This document shows positions 19,471 through 28,443 of a stretch of 64,000 nt of DNA, piece after piece (the stretch's first letter is position 1; the number at the start of each line of letters is the position of its first letter). The position numbers were made by a program, and so were the translations under genes. The DNA is taken from NCBI GenBank assembly GCA_023391635.1, contig JAEWAQ010000058.1, forward strand, positions 89,429 to 153,428, read 5' to 3'. The notes under the pieces were generated by a model. The model was not told the DNA's origin, searched no databases, and worked only from the letters and a program-made list of their open reading frames with translations. The DNA comes from Bacillota bacterium. Lineage in GTDB: Bacteria; Bacillota; Bacilli; Paenibacillales; Paenibacillaceae.

Positions 19471-20358
19471 ATGCAACACATTCGGCTCAAGCCGGGAGAG
19501 CGGGCGTTCGATGTATTGAATGTGGTCGTTCTGGGCCTGTTCGGACTGTTAACCTTCTATCCGTTCTATTATATCTTCATCTACTCGATCAGCGACCCGA
19601 CGGAAGCGCTGCGGGGCGTATACCTGCTGCCGCGAGGGTTCAGCCTGGACAACTATCGTCAGCTGTTTCAGGAACAGAACATTTTGTGGGCATTCTTCAT
19701 CTCGGCTTCGAGAACCGTGCTGGGAACGATTGCTACGCTCATCGGCTGCACGATATTCTCCTATGGCATCAGCAAGCCGTTCCTGCCCGGCCGCAAATTG
19801 ATGTACGGCACCGTGATCGTCACCATGTATATCAGCCCCGGGATCATTCCCTTGTACCTGACCATGAAAGAGTACGGATTGTATAACAATTTCCTGGTCT
19901 ACATCTTGCCCAGCGTCGTTCTCGCCTTCTACGTCATCTTGATTAAAACCTACATGGAGGATATCCCCAAGGAGATGGAGGAGTCCGCCATGGTGGATGG
20001 GTCCACCGCCTTTCAGACGCTGTGGAAGATCATCTTGCCCTTGTGCACGCCGGTGCTGGCCACCGTGGCGATCTTCAATGCCGTGAATCAATGGAACACT
20101 TGGGTGGACAATTTATATTTGGCGCCGACACCGGGGCTGCAGACGCTGCAATTGCTGCTCTACGCCTACGTGAATCAACAGAATGCGGCGATGTCGATGG
20201 TGACCAGTGCCAGCATGTCCCAGCACGCCATCGTGCTGACGCCGACTTCCGTGCAGATGACGATCACCTTCGTGGCGACCTTGCCGATTCTGCTGGTGTA
20301 TCCGTTCATGCAGCGATATTTTCTGAAAGGCATCATGCTCGGAGCGGTGAAAGGCTGA
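19471..20358 (+). CDS. LplC-type sugar ABC transporter permease
   Basis: AAGGAGAGG SD and the EAA loop (EESAMVDGSTAFQTLWKIILPL). Confidence 0.85.
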   Translation: MQHIRLKPGERAFDVLNVVVLGLFGLLTFYPFYYIFIYSISDPTEALRGVYLLPRGFSLDNYRQLFQEQNILWAFFISASRTVLGTIATLIGCTIFSYGISKPFLPGRKLMYGTVIVTMYISPGIIPLYLTMKEYGLYNNFLVYILPSVVLAFYVILIKTYMEDIPKEMEESAMVDGSTAFQTLWKIILPLCTPVLATVAIFNAVNQWNTWVDNLYLAPTPGLQTLQLLLYAYVNQQNAAMSMVTSASMSQHAIVLTPTSVQMTITFVATLPILLVYPFMQRYFLKGIMLGAVKG

Positions 20359-20440
20359 AATCAGGTCGGCTCCAGGCATCGATGGTATCGATATCGCGGG
20401 CGACAGCCCTTGATATAAAGATCTTATCAGGAGGGTTCAT

Positions 20441-22165
20441 ATGAAGAAAGGTCTATTGATCGCACTCGCTTTGATCTTGTTGGCAGCCGTGATCGGTTGC
20501 AGCAGCAGCTCGAATAATAGCGGGGGCGAAACGTCGAGCTCGCCGAAGGGTGCTTCGGGAAGTCCCTCTGCTCCTGCGGAGGAGCCTGTCACTCTGACGA
20601 TCTTCGGGGGAAGCGGAGCGGTGACAGAGCCGTTTCAGAATGACGACGTCATGGTTGAATTGCAGAAACGTACGAACGTGAAGCTCGACTTCACGGCGAA
20701 CCTGAATGTAACGGATGCTTCGCAGAAGCTTGCGGTCATGCTGGCGGGCAGGGATCTGCCGGACATCGTGATCTTCAACGCACTGACCGATCGCGATAAG
20801 GTATACAACTCCGGGCAAGCGATGCCGCTCGACGATCTGGTGGCGCAGTACGGGCCGGACATCCAGAAGAATGCGGGAGACGCTCTGGCGCTGTACAAAA
20901 AGATGAATTCCGACGACACGCACAGCTTATACTATTTGCCCGGCAAGGTAGGCGGGAACGACTACGCGCCGCTAATCAACCAGAATGCCTGGAATTTGCG
21001 CTGGGATTTGTACAAGCAATTGAACGATCCGAAGCTGGATACGCTGGACGATCTGCTGAATGTGCTGGAGAGCATGATGAAGCTGGAACCGACGAACAAA
21101 CTCGACAAGAAAAATTACGGTCTGGGACTGAACTTGTCGGACGATTGGGGCCAACTGATGATCGACAAGGCGACGGCCAATATGAGGGGCATGGTCCAAG
21201 CCAACTACAACGACTGGTATTATGATATGAGCAACAAGAAGATCACGCCTCGCGTATCCGATCCAGACAGCATCTTCTGGGAGTCGATGAAATTTTATAA
21301 CACCGCTTATCAAAGAGGAATTCTGGACCCGGAATCGGCCACGCTGAAGTTCAACGCGATCTCCGAGAAGTACAAGACGGGCAGATACTTCGCTTCTACT
21401 GCTTATTGGTCGCTCGCGGGCGTAGATAACCAGTTCATTGCAGACGGGCAACCAGAGAAGGGGTTCGTGCCGTTCCTGATCGATAACAACAAAGACAATA
21501 TCTATATCGTGCAAGAGTTCTCCAGCGGCGATCAGTTCCAAATGTTCATTCCGAAAAACAGCAAGCATCCGGAAGCCGCGATGAAATTCATTAATTACTT
21601 GTACACGTACGAAGGCGCGAAGCTGCTTCTGAACGGCGTGGAAGGCAAACAGTACGATGTGGTCGACGGAGTGCCTATGTTGAAAGATGAAGAGATCCAA
21701 GCCAGGCAGACCGATCCGAATCATTATCTGAAGACGGGCGCCGGCAAGTACTACCATTTGTCTCGCTTCACGCCGCAAGAAGACCCGGATGGCGTGCCCG
21801 TAGACTTCGCGAATATACCGGCAACCTTGAAGAAGACGGCGCTGCCCGTACAATTGGACTTCATGCAGCACTTCGGATACGACTCGGTCAACGAGGCGTT
21901 CACGAATATTCCGAACTATAAGTTCGACACGTCCTTGATGAACGCGGTCAACCCGGAGCCGGGGTCTGATATCCAGGCGAAGAAGGAGCAATTGGATGCT
22001 TACCTGGTTGCCAATATCGCCAAGGTGATCTATCAGAAGACGGATGACGCCTACGAGAAGGCCAAGAAGGACTTCCTGGATGCCTATAATTCCAAGGGCG
22101 CCGCTGAAGTGTTCGATTACTACAAGAAGGAATACGACGAATTGGCGTCCAGCCTGGGTCAATAA
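20441..22165 (+). CDS. LplA-type large extracellular solute-binding lipoprotein
   Basis: Signal peptide plus lipobox (LLAAVIGCSSSS). At 574 aa it has the size typical of LplA-type SBPs. Confidence 0.85.
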   Translation: MKKGLLIALALILLAAVIGCSSSSNNSGGETSSSPKGASGSPSAPAEEPVTLTIFGGSGAVTEPFQNDDVMVELQKRTNVKLDFTANLNVTDASQKLAVMLAGRDLPDIVIFNALTDRDKVYNSGQAMPLDDLVAQYGPDIQKNAGDALALYKKMNSDDTHSLYYLPGKVGGNDYAPLINQNAWNLRWDLYKQLNDPKLDTLDDLLNVLESMMKLEPTNKLDKKNYGLGLNLSDDWGQLMIDKATANMRGMVQANYNDWYYDMSNKKITPRVSDPDSIFWESMKFYNTAYQRGILDPESATLKFNAISEKYKTGRYFASTAYWSLAGVDNQFIADGQPEKGFVPFLIDNNKDNIYIVQEFSSGDQFQMFIPKNSKHPEAAMKFINYLYTYEGAKLLLNGVEGKQYDVVDGVPMLKDEEIQARQTDPNHYLKTGAGKYYHLSRFTPQEDPDGVPVDFANIPATLKKTALPVQLDFMQHFGYDSVNEAFTNIPNYKFDTSLMNAVNPEPGSDIQAKKEQLDAYLVANIAKVIYQKTDDAYEKAKKDFLDAYNSKGAAEVFDYYKKEYDELASSLGQ

Positions 22166-22225
22166 CAGGTTGCTGGAAGGTGGGGTTGCGCATCGCGCTG
22201 CGGCCTCGCCTTCCGTTGCGTTGAA

Positions 22226-22253
22226 TTGCAATATTAGATTATAATGTTATAAT
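22226..22253 (+). promoter_or_regulatory. sigmaA-like promoter with embedded operator (TTGCAA-16-TATAAT), copy 1
   Basis: Sequence TTGCAATATTAGATTATAATGTTATAAT. It matches the copy at 25362-25389 at 24 of 28 positions. It contains the direct/palindromic TTATAA-TG-TTATAA and lies 52 nt upstream of the FGGY kinase ATG. Confidence 0.55.
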
Positions 22254-22304
22254 GAATTTTAAATCATAGATGGAAGAACTCCGAGATGGAGGAGGCCGGG
22301 CCGC

Positions 22305-23819
22305 ATGCTGGTGCTGGGGATCGATATCGGAACGACCAATACGAAGGCGGTCCTGATGAGCGGCGATAAGCCGGAAGTTGTGGCTGCATCCGCAGCCTCG
22401 TACGCCATGCGATACCTCGGAGATGGGGGAGTGGAGCAGGACCCGCTTGACTGGTGGCGGGCGGTGTGCGACGTGATCGCAAGCTTCGGGAGGCAGGGTT
22501 ACCCGCTTGACCGGATCGAGGCCATCGCGGTTAGCGGGCATGGCTGCTCGCTGGTTGCGGTAGACGAAGCCGGAGAAGTTCTGCGGCCTGCCATCAGTTC
22601 GCTGGACACGCGCTGCAGCCCGCAGACGGCAGCAATCCGGCAATCCGCCGGCGACCGGATTCTGGAGATCAACGGCAACAGCGTGGGGGCTTTCAACTTC
22701 GAGCCCAAGCTGCTATGGTTGAAGGAGAATGAACCTTCCGTCTATGAACGCATGCCTTGCTTTCTGTCGCCTGCTTCGTACATTAACTATCGATTAACGG
22801 GCCGCAAAGCGATGAACGTCTCCGATGGCGGAATCGGCATGGCCTACGACCGGAGGAGCGGCGGACAGTGGTCGAGCGCGATTATTGGGTCGATGGGACT
22901 CGACGCCGAGAAGTTCCCGCCGCTTGCGGCGTGCGGCGAGCCGATCGGTCGCGTGACCCGCAGGGCGGCGCAGGAGACCGGATTGCCGGAGCATGCCGTA
23001 GTGCTGGGCGGCGGCGAGGACACAAGCTCTGCGGCGTTGTCGATGGGAGTAGTTTCTCCCAGGCAAGCCTACCTGTCCCTGGGGACGCAGGGGACCGTCG
23101 GCGTCTGCACGGACAGGTTCGCCGTCCGTCCGGAAATTCTCGGCTTCCCTCACGTGCTGGAAGGAAGAAGCTTGCTTAGCGGCTCGATGAGCACCTGCGG
23201 CGGCGGGATGCAGTGGTTGATCCGGGAATGGTATCGCGATTACTCGGAACGTTTCTCGTCTGACGGCGAGGTATTGCAGGCCGTGATGGAAGATTGCCGC
23301 CGTACGAATCCCGGCGCGGGAGGCTTGTTGTTCCTGCCGTACTTGTCCGGCGAGCTGCATCCGATACTGGACGAGAAGGCGGCGGGCGTGTTCTTCGGAC
23401 TGAAGCTGCATCATACGCGTCAGGACATGGCACGCTCGGTGATGGAGGGGGCGGCGCATGCGATCGCGCACAACCTCAAGTATGCCGAGATGGTTGCCGG
23501 CGAGGTTGAAGAACTGAACGCCGTGGGCGGCCCAACGAGAAGCGAGCTATGGTGCCAGGCGATCGCCGATATTACCGGCAAGCCTGTCCGGGTAGCGGGC
23601 ACGGCGGATTCGTCGGCGGGTGCGCCGCTGGGCAACGCGATGCTGGCGCTGGCCGCTTTGACCGGCCAGCGGGCCGAAGATCTTGCAGCGCCCCTGCTTC
23701 TGGGCGGGAGAACCTACGAGCCGCGCGAGGCGGTGCGCCCCATGTATAAGGAGCAGCATGCCATCTACCTGAAGTTGTATCCAAGACTGAAAGACCTGTA
23801 CGCGCTGTTGCCATCCTGA
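22305..23819 (+). CDS. FGGY-family carbohydrate kinase (xylulokinase-like)
   Basis: LGIDIGTTNTKAV phosphate-1 motif, FGGY N- and C-domain length (504 aa), and a GGAGGAGG SD. Confidence 0.85.
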   Translation: MLVLGIDIGTTNTKAVLMSGDKPEVVAASAASYAMRYLGDGGVEQDPLDWWRAVCDVIASFGRQGYPLDRIEAIAVSGHGCSLVAVDEAGEVLRPAISSLDTRCSPQTAAIRQSAGDRILEINGNSVGAFNFEPKLLWLKENEPSVYERMPCFLSPASYINYRLTGRKAMNVSDGGIGMAYDRRSGGQWSSAIIGSMGLDAEKFPPLAACGEPIGRVTRRAAQETGLPEHAVVLGGGEDTSSAALSMGVVSPRQAYLSLGTQGTVGVCTDRFAVRPEILGFPHVLEGRSLLSGSMSTCGGGMQWLIREWYRDYSERFSSDGEVLQAVMEDCRRTNPGAGGLLFLPYLSGELHPILDEKAAGVFFGLKLHHTRQDMARSVMEGAAHAIAHNLKYAEMVAGEVEELNAVGGPTRSELWCQAIADITGKPVRVAGTADSSAGAPLGNAMLALAALTGQRAEDLAAPLLLGGRTYEPREAVRPMYKEQHAIYLKLYPRLKDLYALLPS

Positions 23820-23836
23820 AGCAAGGAGTTGACCGA

Positions 23837-24577
23837 ATGAAGCTGGACAAGTCGAGTCCTGTTCCCTTGTATCACCAGTTGAAGGAGAAGCTGATCCAGC
23901 TGATCGAGAGCAAGTACGAGCCGAATAGCCTGCTCCCGACCGAATCGGAATTCGAGCGCATGTTCGGCGTCAGCAGAATGACGGTTCGACTCGCCATGAA
24001 TGCGCTCGTAGAGGAAGGGCTCGTCGTCAGACAGCAGGGACGCGGCACATTCGTCCAGAGCCCGAAGATCACGCACAGCCTGACATCCGTTACGAGTTGG
24101 ACTCAGCAGATGAAAGAGCGGGGATTTACGCCGCAGACCGTGAAGACCGAGCTCGATCTGGCAGCGCCTCCGAGGAAGATCGCGCAGATGCTGGGCATTT
24201 CCGGCGATGAGCGGGTCGTGAGGTTGAAGCGGCTGCGTTATGCGAACGACGAGCCGATGTGCATCATGATCAACTATCTGGTGGAGAAGCGCGTGCCCGG
24301 CTTTGTCGAAGGGGGCTTCCAGGAAGAGTCGCTGTACCGGTATTTGGAGCGTGAATACCGGTTGTCGATTGCGGAGGCGCACGAGAACGTCGAAGCGCGC
24401 GAAGCTTCGGAGCATGAGGCGGAAGAGCTGAAGATCGCGCCATATTCGCCTGTCTTGTTCGTTACCCGTTTGTCGTTCCTCCCCGACCGTACGCCGTTTG
24501 AAGTCGTGTATCTGACTTCGCGGGCCGATCGGTATCAGTATCAGATCATCCTGCAATCGCAGGGAGGTGACAGATGA
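23837..24577 (+). CDS. GntR-family regulator, HutC subfamily (wHTH + UTRA)
   Basis: LPTESEFERMFGVSRMTVRLAMNALVEEGLVVRQQGRGTFV followed by a UTRA-length C-terminal domain. Confidence 0.85.
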   Translation: MKLDKSSPVPLYHQLKEKLIQLIESKYEPNSLLPTESEFERMFGVSRMTVRLAMNALVEEGLVVRQQGRGTFVQSPKITHSLTSVTSWTQQMKERGFTPQTVKTELDLAAPPRKIAQMLGISGDERVVRLKRLRYANDEPMCIMINYLVEKRVPGFVEGGFQEESLYRYLEREYRLSIAEAHENVEAREASEHEAEELKIAPYSPVLFVTRLSFLPDRTPFEVVYLTSRADRYQYQIILQSQGGDR

Positions 24578-25348
24578 ATGAGACTGCGGGGGAAGTTGGC
24601 GCTCGTAACGGGAGCGGGCAGCGGCTTGGGCGGCGGCATTGCCCGTGCGTATGCGCGCCAAGGCGCGGAGGTGTTGGTTGCGGACCGCCATGCGGACGAC
24701 GCGGAACGAACCGCTGCCGATATCGTCCGTGAAGGCGGGCAGGCTGCCGCGATTGCTGCCGACATCTCCCGGACGGAAGAGATTCGACAGATGTTCGCAG
24801 AGGTAAAAAGCCGTTACGGACGCCTTGATATACTGGTGAACAATGCGGGCGTGACCGGAAGGTCGCTCGGAGACGGTCCTGTGGATGCTTGCTCGGAAGA
24901 GGCGTGGGACCTGATCGCCGGGACCAACCTGCGCGGCACCTTCATGTGCTGCAAGTACGGCTTGCCGCTTATGCTGGAGCAGGGCAGCGGCGCCATCGTC
25001 AACATGTCCTCCGTATTGGGATTGGTCGGCTGCCAGGATACCTTCGTTAGCCATGCTTATCAGACGACAAAGGCGGGCATTATCGGATTGACGCGATCGA
25101 TCGCGGCTTATTATGCCAAATTCGGCATCCGGGCCAACGCGCTGGCTCCGGGGCTGATGGCGACGAAGGCGACGGAGAAAGTATCCGGGATGGAAGATGC
25201 GATGGCGTTCGTCCGTCGGATGCAGCCGCTCGGGGAACTGGGCGACGCAGAAGATGTGGCGATGGCGGCGGTCTATCTGGCCTCCGACGAAGCGGCTTTT
25301 GTCACCGGCCAAGTGTTGGCCGTCGATGGCGGCTGGACGGTGCAGTAG
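24578..25348 (+). CDS. SDR-family oxidoreductase
   Basis: TGAGSGLG cofactor motif, NNAG, and YQTTK (YxxxK). Confidence 0.85.
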   Translation: MRLRGKLALVTGAGSGLGGGIARAYARQGAEVLVADRHADDAERTAADIVREGGQAAAIAADISRTEEIRQMFAEVKSRYGRLDILVNNAGVTGRSLGDGPVDACSEEAWDLIAGTNLRGTFMCCKYGLPLMLEQGSGAIVNMSSVLGLVGCQDTFVSHAYQTTKAGIIGLTRSIAAYYAKFGIRANALAPGLMATKATEKVSGMEDAMAFVRRMQPLGELGDAEDVAMAAVYLASDEAAFVTGQVLAVDGGWTVQ

Positions 25349-25361
25349 GAGAGGGTCTATT

Positions 25362-25389
25362 TTGCTTTATAAGATTATAATGTTATATT
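25362..25389 (+). promoter_or_regulatory. sigmaA-like promoter with embedded operator (TTGCTT-16-TATATT), copy 2
   Basis: Sequence TTGCTTTATAAGATTATAATGTTATATT. It shares the 16-mer AGATTATAATGTTATA with copy 1 and lies 30 nt upstream of the SIS gene ATG. Confidence 0.55.
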
Positions 25390-25418
25390 CAATCGACAAT
25401 ATCAAGGGAGAGAATGAC

Positions 25419-26180
25419 ATGCGCAAAATGCGGTTTATGGACGAAGCGAGAAAGCTGATCGACAAGATTGAAGCTACACAGGCAGAGAAGCTGGAGCAAG
25501 CGGCCGAGCTGTACGCGAACGCCATCGCGAATGACGGGCTGGTTCATCTGTACGGCAACGGCCATTCGGGGATCGGCGTCTATGAGACGTTCCCGCGCAT
25601 CGGCAGCATGGTCGGCTTTCATCCGCTGATCGAGCAGTCGTTGGTCAACTATTCTGCGGTGGTGGGGCTTAATGGGCTGCGGCAAAATCAGCATCTGGAG
25701 AGACTGGAAGGGTTCGCCGAGCAAATTCTCGTCAACTTCGACTTTGGTCCGCACGACGTCATCGTCTGCTTTTCGAGCACCGGCATTAACGGCGTTGTCG
25801 TCGACATGGCCCTGGGCGCCAAGAAGCGCGGGCTGAAAGTGATCGCGGTCACCTCGGTGGAGCATCAGATGGCGACAGAGTCACGTCATAGCTCGGGTAA
25901 GCGCCTCTGCGAGATTGCCGATGTCGTAATCGATAACTGCACGCCGCCCGGCGATGCGATGATTCACATCGACGGATTGGATGCACCGGTCAGCCCCGGC
26001 TCATCGCTCGCAGCCGTCACGATCGTACAGACGCTGAACGCGATGACCGCAGAGAAGCTCCTGGAGCGCGGGTACAAGCCGATCGTGCTGCCGAGCATGC
26101 ATTTCAAAGGCGATACGAGCGTGAACGAGACGATCGATCTCTACTATTCGGAGACAAAACGCCGTTATAAGAACATCTAA
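25419..26180 (+). CDS. SIS-domain protein (UPF0309-like sugar-phosphate isomerase/binding fold)
   Basis: ATG 25419 follows AAGGGAGAG. LVHLYGNGHSG and FSSTGINGVVVD SIS motifs. Confidence 0.7.
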   Translation: MRKMRFMDEARKLIDKIEATQAEKLEQAAELYANAIANDGLVHLYGNGHSGIGVYETFPRIGSMVGFHPLIEQSLVNYSAVVGLNGLRQNQHLERLEGFAEQILVNFDFGPHDVIVCFSSTGINGVVVDMALGAKKRGLKVIAVTSVEHQMATESRHSSGKRLCEIADVVIDNCTPPGDAMIHIDGLDAPVSPGSSLAAVTIVQTLNAMTAEKLLERGYKPIVLPSMHFKGDTSVNETIDLYYSETKRRYKNI

Positions 26181-26223
26181 TCGCTGCCAAGGCAAGCATG
26201 ATGAAGGCAAGGAGGGGACGACG

Positions 26224-27552
26224 ATGCAGATCGTCATCAAGGATGTTCCGCTGCTCTGGAAGACCGATATCGTAGTTGTAGGCGCAGGATCGGCCGGCAT
26301 TACGGCTGCCATAGCCGCAGCGAGAACAGGCAAGCTTGTTACGCTCGTGGAAAGGTACGGATTCCCGGGCGGCATCAGCACCGGGGTGCTGGATACATTC
26401 TATGGGTTCTACACGCCTGGAGAACGAAGCCGCAAAATTGTCGGCGGCGTGCCGGACGATATGCTGAAGCGTCTCTATGCGGAGAAAGCGGCAATGAAGC
26501 GGGGAAATTCCTTCGGCTATCTCGGCATCGGCATTACCTACGATCCGGAGCTGTTGAAGTGCGTATGGGAGGACATGGCGGTGGAAGCGGGCGTACGGGT
26601 GCTCTACCATTCGTTCTGCACGGATGTCCTGATGGAAGGCAACCGGGTTGCCGGGGTGATCGTCGACGGCAAGCAAGGGCTGATGAAAATCGAGGCCGAT
26701 GTCGTCATCGATGCTTCCGGCGATGCGGATGTCGCTTGGCGAGCGGGAGCGGCATTCGAGAAAGCGGGAGAGCTCAGCCCGGCGCAGACGCTGACGACGA
26801 CATTCCGCTTGGCTCATGTCGATTACGCCCAGGCGACGGCGCTGCCGAAGAAAGAGTTGGAGCGCCTCATGCGGGAGGCCAATGCGAGCGGCTTGTATCA
26901 GCTTCCCCGCGAGGAAGGTTCGATCCACGTGACACCGATCCCTGGCGTCATGCTGGCGATCATGACGAAGATGGACGGCTACGATCCTTGCGATCCCGTC
27001 TCGCTGACACAGGCGGAAATCAAAGGCCGCAGGCAAGCGAGAGAGTATATCCGATTCCTTCGAGACAAGGTGCCAGGATACGAGCAAGCCGCTCTGATCA
27101 ACTTGAGCGTGCAGACGGGGATTCGCGAGACGAGGAGAATTTACGGGGAATACCGGCTCACGAAAGAAGATGTAGTGGAGATTCGCAAGTTCGACGATGC
27201 GATCGGGCAATGCGGCGCTCCGATCGAGGACCACCGCGGAGGGAAAGGGACGCATTGGGAGCTGCTTGCCGAAGGCGCAGCGTATGATATTCCTTACCGG
27301 ACGCTGGTGCCGCAGCAGATCGACGGGCTGCTCGTGGCCGGGCGCTGCTTCTCGGCGACGCATGAGGCGCATGCTTCCTGCCGCAGCATGGCGCAGTGCA
27401 TGGCGATGGGGCAAGCGGCGGGAATGGCAGCTTCGACGGCGCTCGATCAGAAGGTCATGCCTCGCGAGGTGGATATCGGGCTTGTCCAGAACCGGCTTGT
27501 GGCGATGGGCGCCGTGTTATACGACAGTCAGAACGGGGAGGATGTAGGATGA
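26224..27552 (+). CDS. FAD-dependent oxidoreductase (GIDA/FAD_oxidored-like)
   Basis: DIVVVGAGSAGITAAIAAARTGKLVTLVERYGFPGG dinucleotide fold. AAGGAGGGG SD. Confidence 0.75.
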   Translation: MQIVIKDVPLLWKTDIVVVGAGSAGITAAIAAARTGKLVTLVERYGFPGGISTGVLDTFYGFYTPGERSRKIVGGVPDDMLKRLYAEKAAMKRGNSFGYLGIGITYDPELLKCVWEDMAVEAGVRVLYHSFCTDVLMEGNRVAGVIVDGKQGLMKIEADVVIDASGDADVAWRAGAAFEKAGELSPAQTLTTTFRLAHVDYAQATALPKKELERLMREANASGLYQLPREEGSIHVTPIPGVMLAIMTKMDGYDPCDPVSLTQAEIKGRRQAREYIRFLRDKVPGYEQAALINLSVQTGIRETRRIYGEYRLTKEDVVEIRKFDDAIGQCGAPIEDHRGGKGTHWELLAEGAAYDIPYRTLVPQQIDGLLVAGRCFSATHEAHASCRSMAQCMAMGQAAGMAASTALDQKVMPREVDIGLVQNRLVAMGAVLYDSQNGEDVG

Positions 27553-28241
27553 TCGAGTGGATCCGACTGACGAGCGAGAGCATCCGGGGCATCGACAGAC
27601 AGCTGCCGGTCATCGTGCCGGTCGGGCTGGTGGAGGCGCACGGACCGCATCTGACGCTCGGACTCGACATGGATACGGCGGTTTATTTCTCCCGCAGGGT
27701 GGCGGAAGCATCGGGCGCGATTCTCGCGCCGGCCATCCATTATGGTTTCGCGGACGAGATGAAGGAATATCCCGGTACGGTGGGGGTAAGGGCGGAGACG
27801 TTGGCTCTCGTCGTGCAGGATATAAGCGAGTTGTTCATCTATCACGGCTTCAAGAAAGTGATCTTCCTCAGCGGGCACGGAGCCAATAAGCTCGGCTGCG
27901 AGTTGGGCTTCTACAAGGTGTGGGAGAAGTATCCCGACTTCAAGCCCGCTTGCTGGAATTGGTGGTCGGATGCAGGAGTAACCGGCATTCATCATGCGGA
28001 CAAGGGCGAGACGGAGGTGGCGCATGCGGTCGGGTCGCCCGTCCATGCCGACCGGATCAAGGACTACAGCTTCAAGAAGCCTTGGCATAAAGTGCGATCG
28101 CGCTTCGCTGTAGAGCCCGAATCGGGCGGAATCAACGGCAAGCCGAGCGAGTACGATCCGGCGGAGGGAGCCCGCATTCGCGAGCAAGTCGTCCGTGTGT
28201 TAACGGATAAAGTGATGGAGGCAATCGGCGACAAGGAATAG
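27549..28241 (+). CDS. creatininase-fold (cyclic amidohydrolase family) protein
   Basis: ATGA overlap with the upstream stop. VPVGLVEAHGPHLTLGLD and LSGHGAN motifs are typical of the creatininase family. Confidence 0.7.
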   Translation: MIEWIRLTSESIRGIDRQLPVIVPVGLVEAHGPHLTLGLDMDTAVYFSRRVAEASGAILAPAIHYGFADEMKEYPGTVGVRAETLALVVQDISELFIYHGFKKVIFLSGHGANKLGCELGFYKVWEKYPDFKPACWNWWSDAGVTGIHHADKGETEVAHAVGSPVHADRIKDYSFKKPWHKVRSRFAVEPESGGINGKPSEYDPAEGARIREQVVRVLTDKVMEAIGDKE

Positions 28242-28291
28242 GCGGAATCGCGATCGAATGGGGCGATTTCCGGGGATTTCGGGCAAACAAG

Positions 28292-28329
28292 GGCACCTCG
28301 CGAGTCCTCTTACGAGGTGCCTTTGTTGT
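28292..28329 (+). terminator. rho-independent terminator of the 25.4-28.2 kb operon
   Basis: GGCACCTCG-(12 nt)-CGAGGTGCC followed by TTTGTTGT. Confidence 0.7.
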
Positions 28330-28381
28330 CGTAACATCAGAAATTGTGTCGCAGAGGCACTAATCTCACCTCAGCCGCGCC

Positions 28382-28433
28382 AATTCACCAAAAAGGACTG
28401 TCAGGGTGCCCTGACGGTCCTTTTTGGTGAATT
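28382..28433. terminator. bidirectional terminator (about 52-nt near-perfect palindrome)
   Basis: AATTCACCAAAAAGGACTGTCAGGG-TG-CCCTGACGGTCCTTTTTGGTGAATT. There are A/T runs on both sides. It sits immediately 3' of thrC on the minus strand. Confidence 0.75.
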
Positions 28434-28443
28434 GCGGTATGCT

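Noticed and set aside
23765-25312. Long antisense ORFs: this 515-aa one, and similar ones at 11657-13039, 26104-27414, 20972-22231, 43133-44470, 44570-45979, 33064-34026 and 60154-61329.
   Set aside because: They lie opposite + strand genes that carry unmistakable family motifs. Their translations are Arg/Pro/His-rich low-complexity sequence, typical of shadow ORFs in high-GC DNA, and they have no ribosome-binding sites. I treat them as non-coding.
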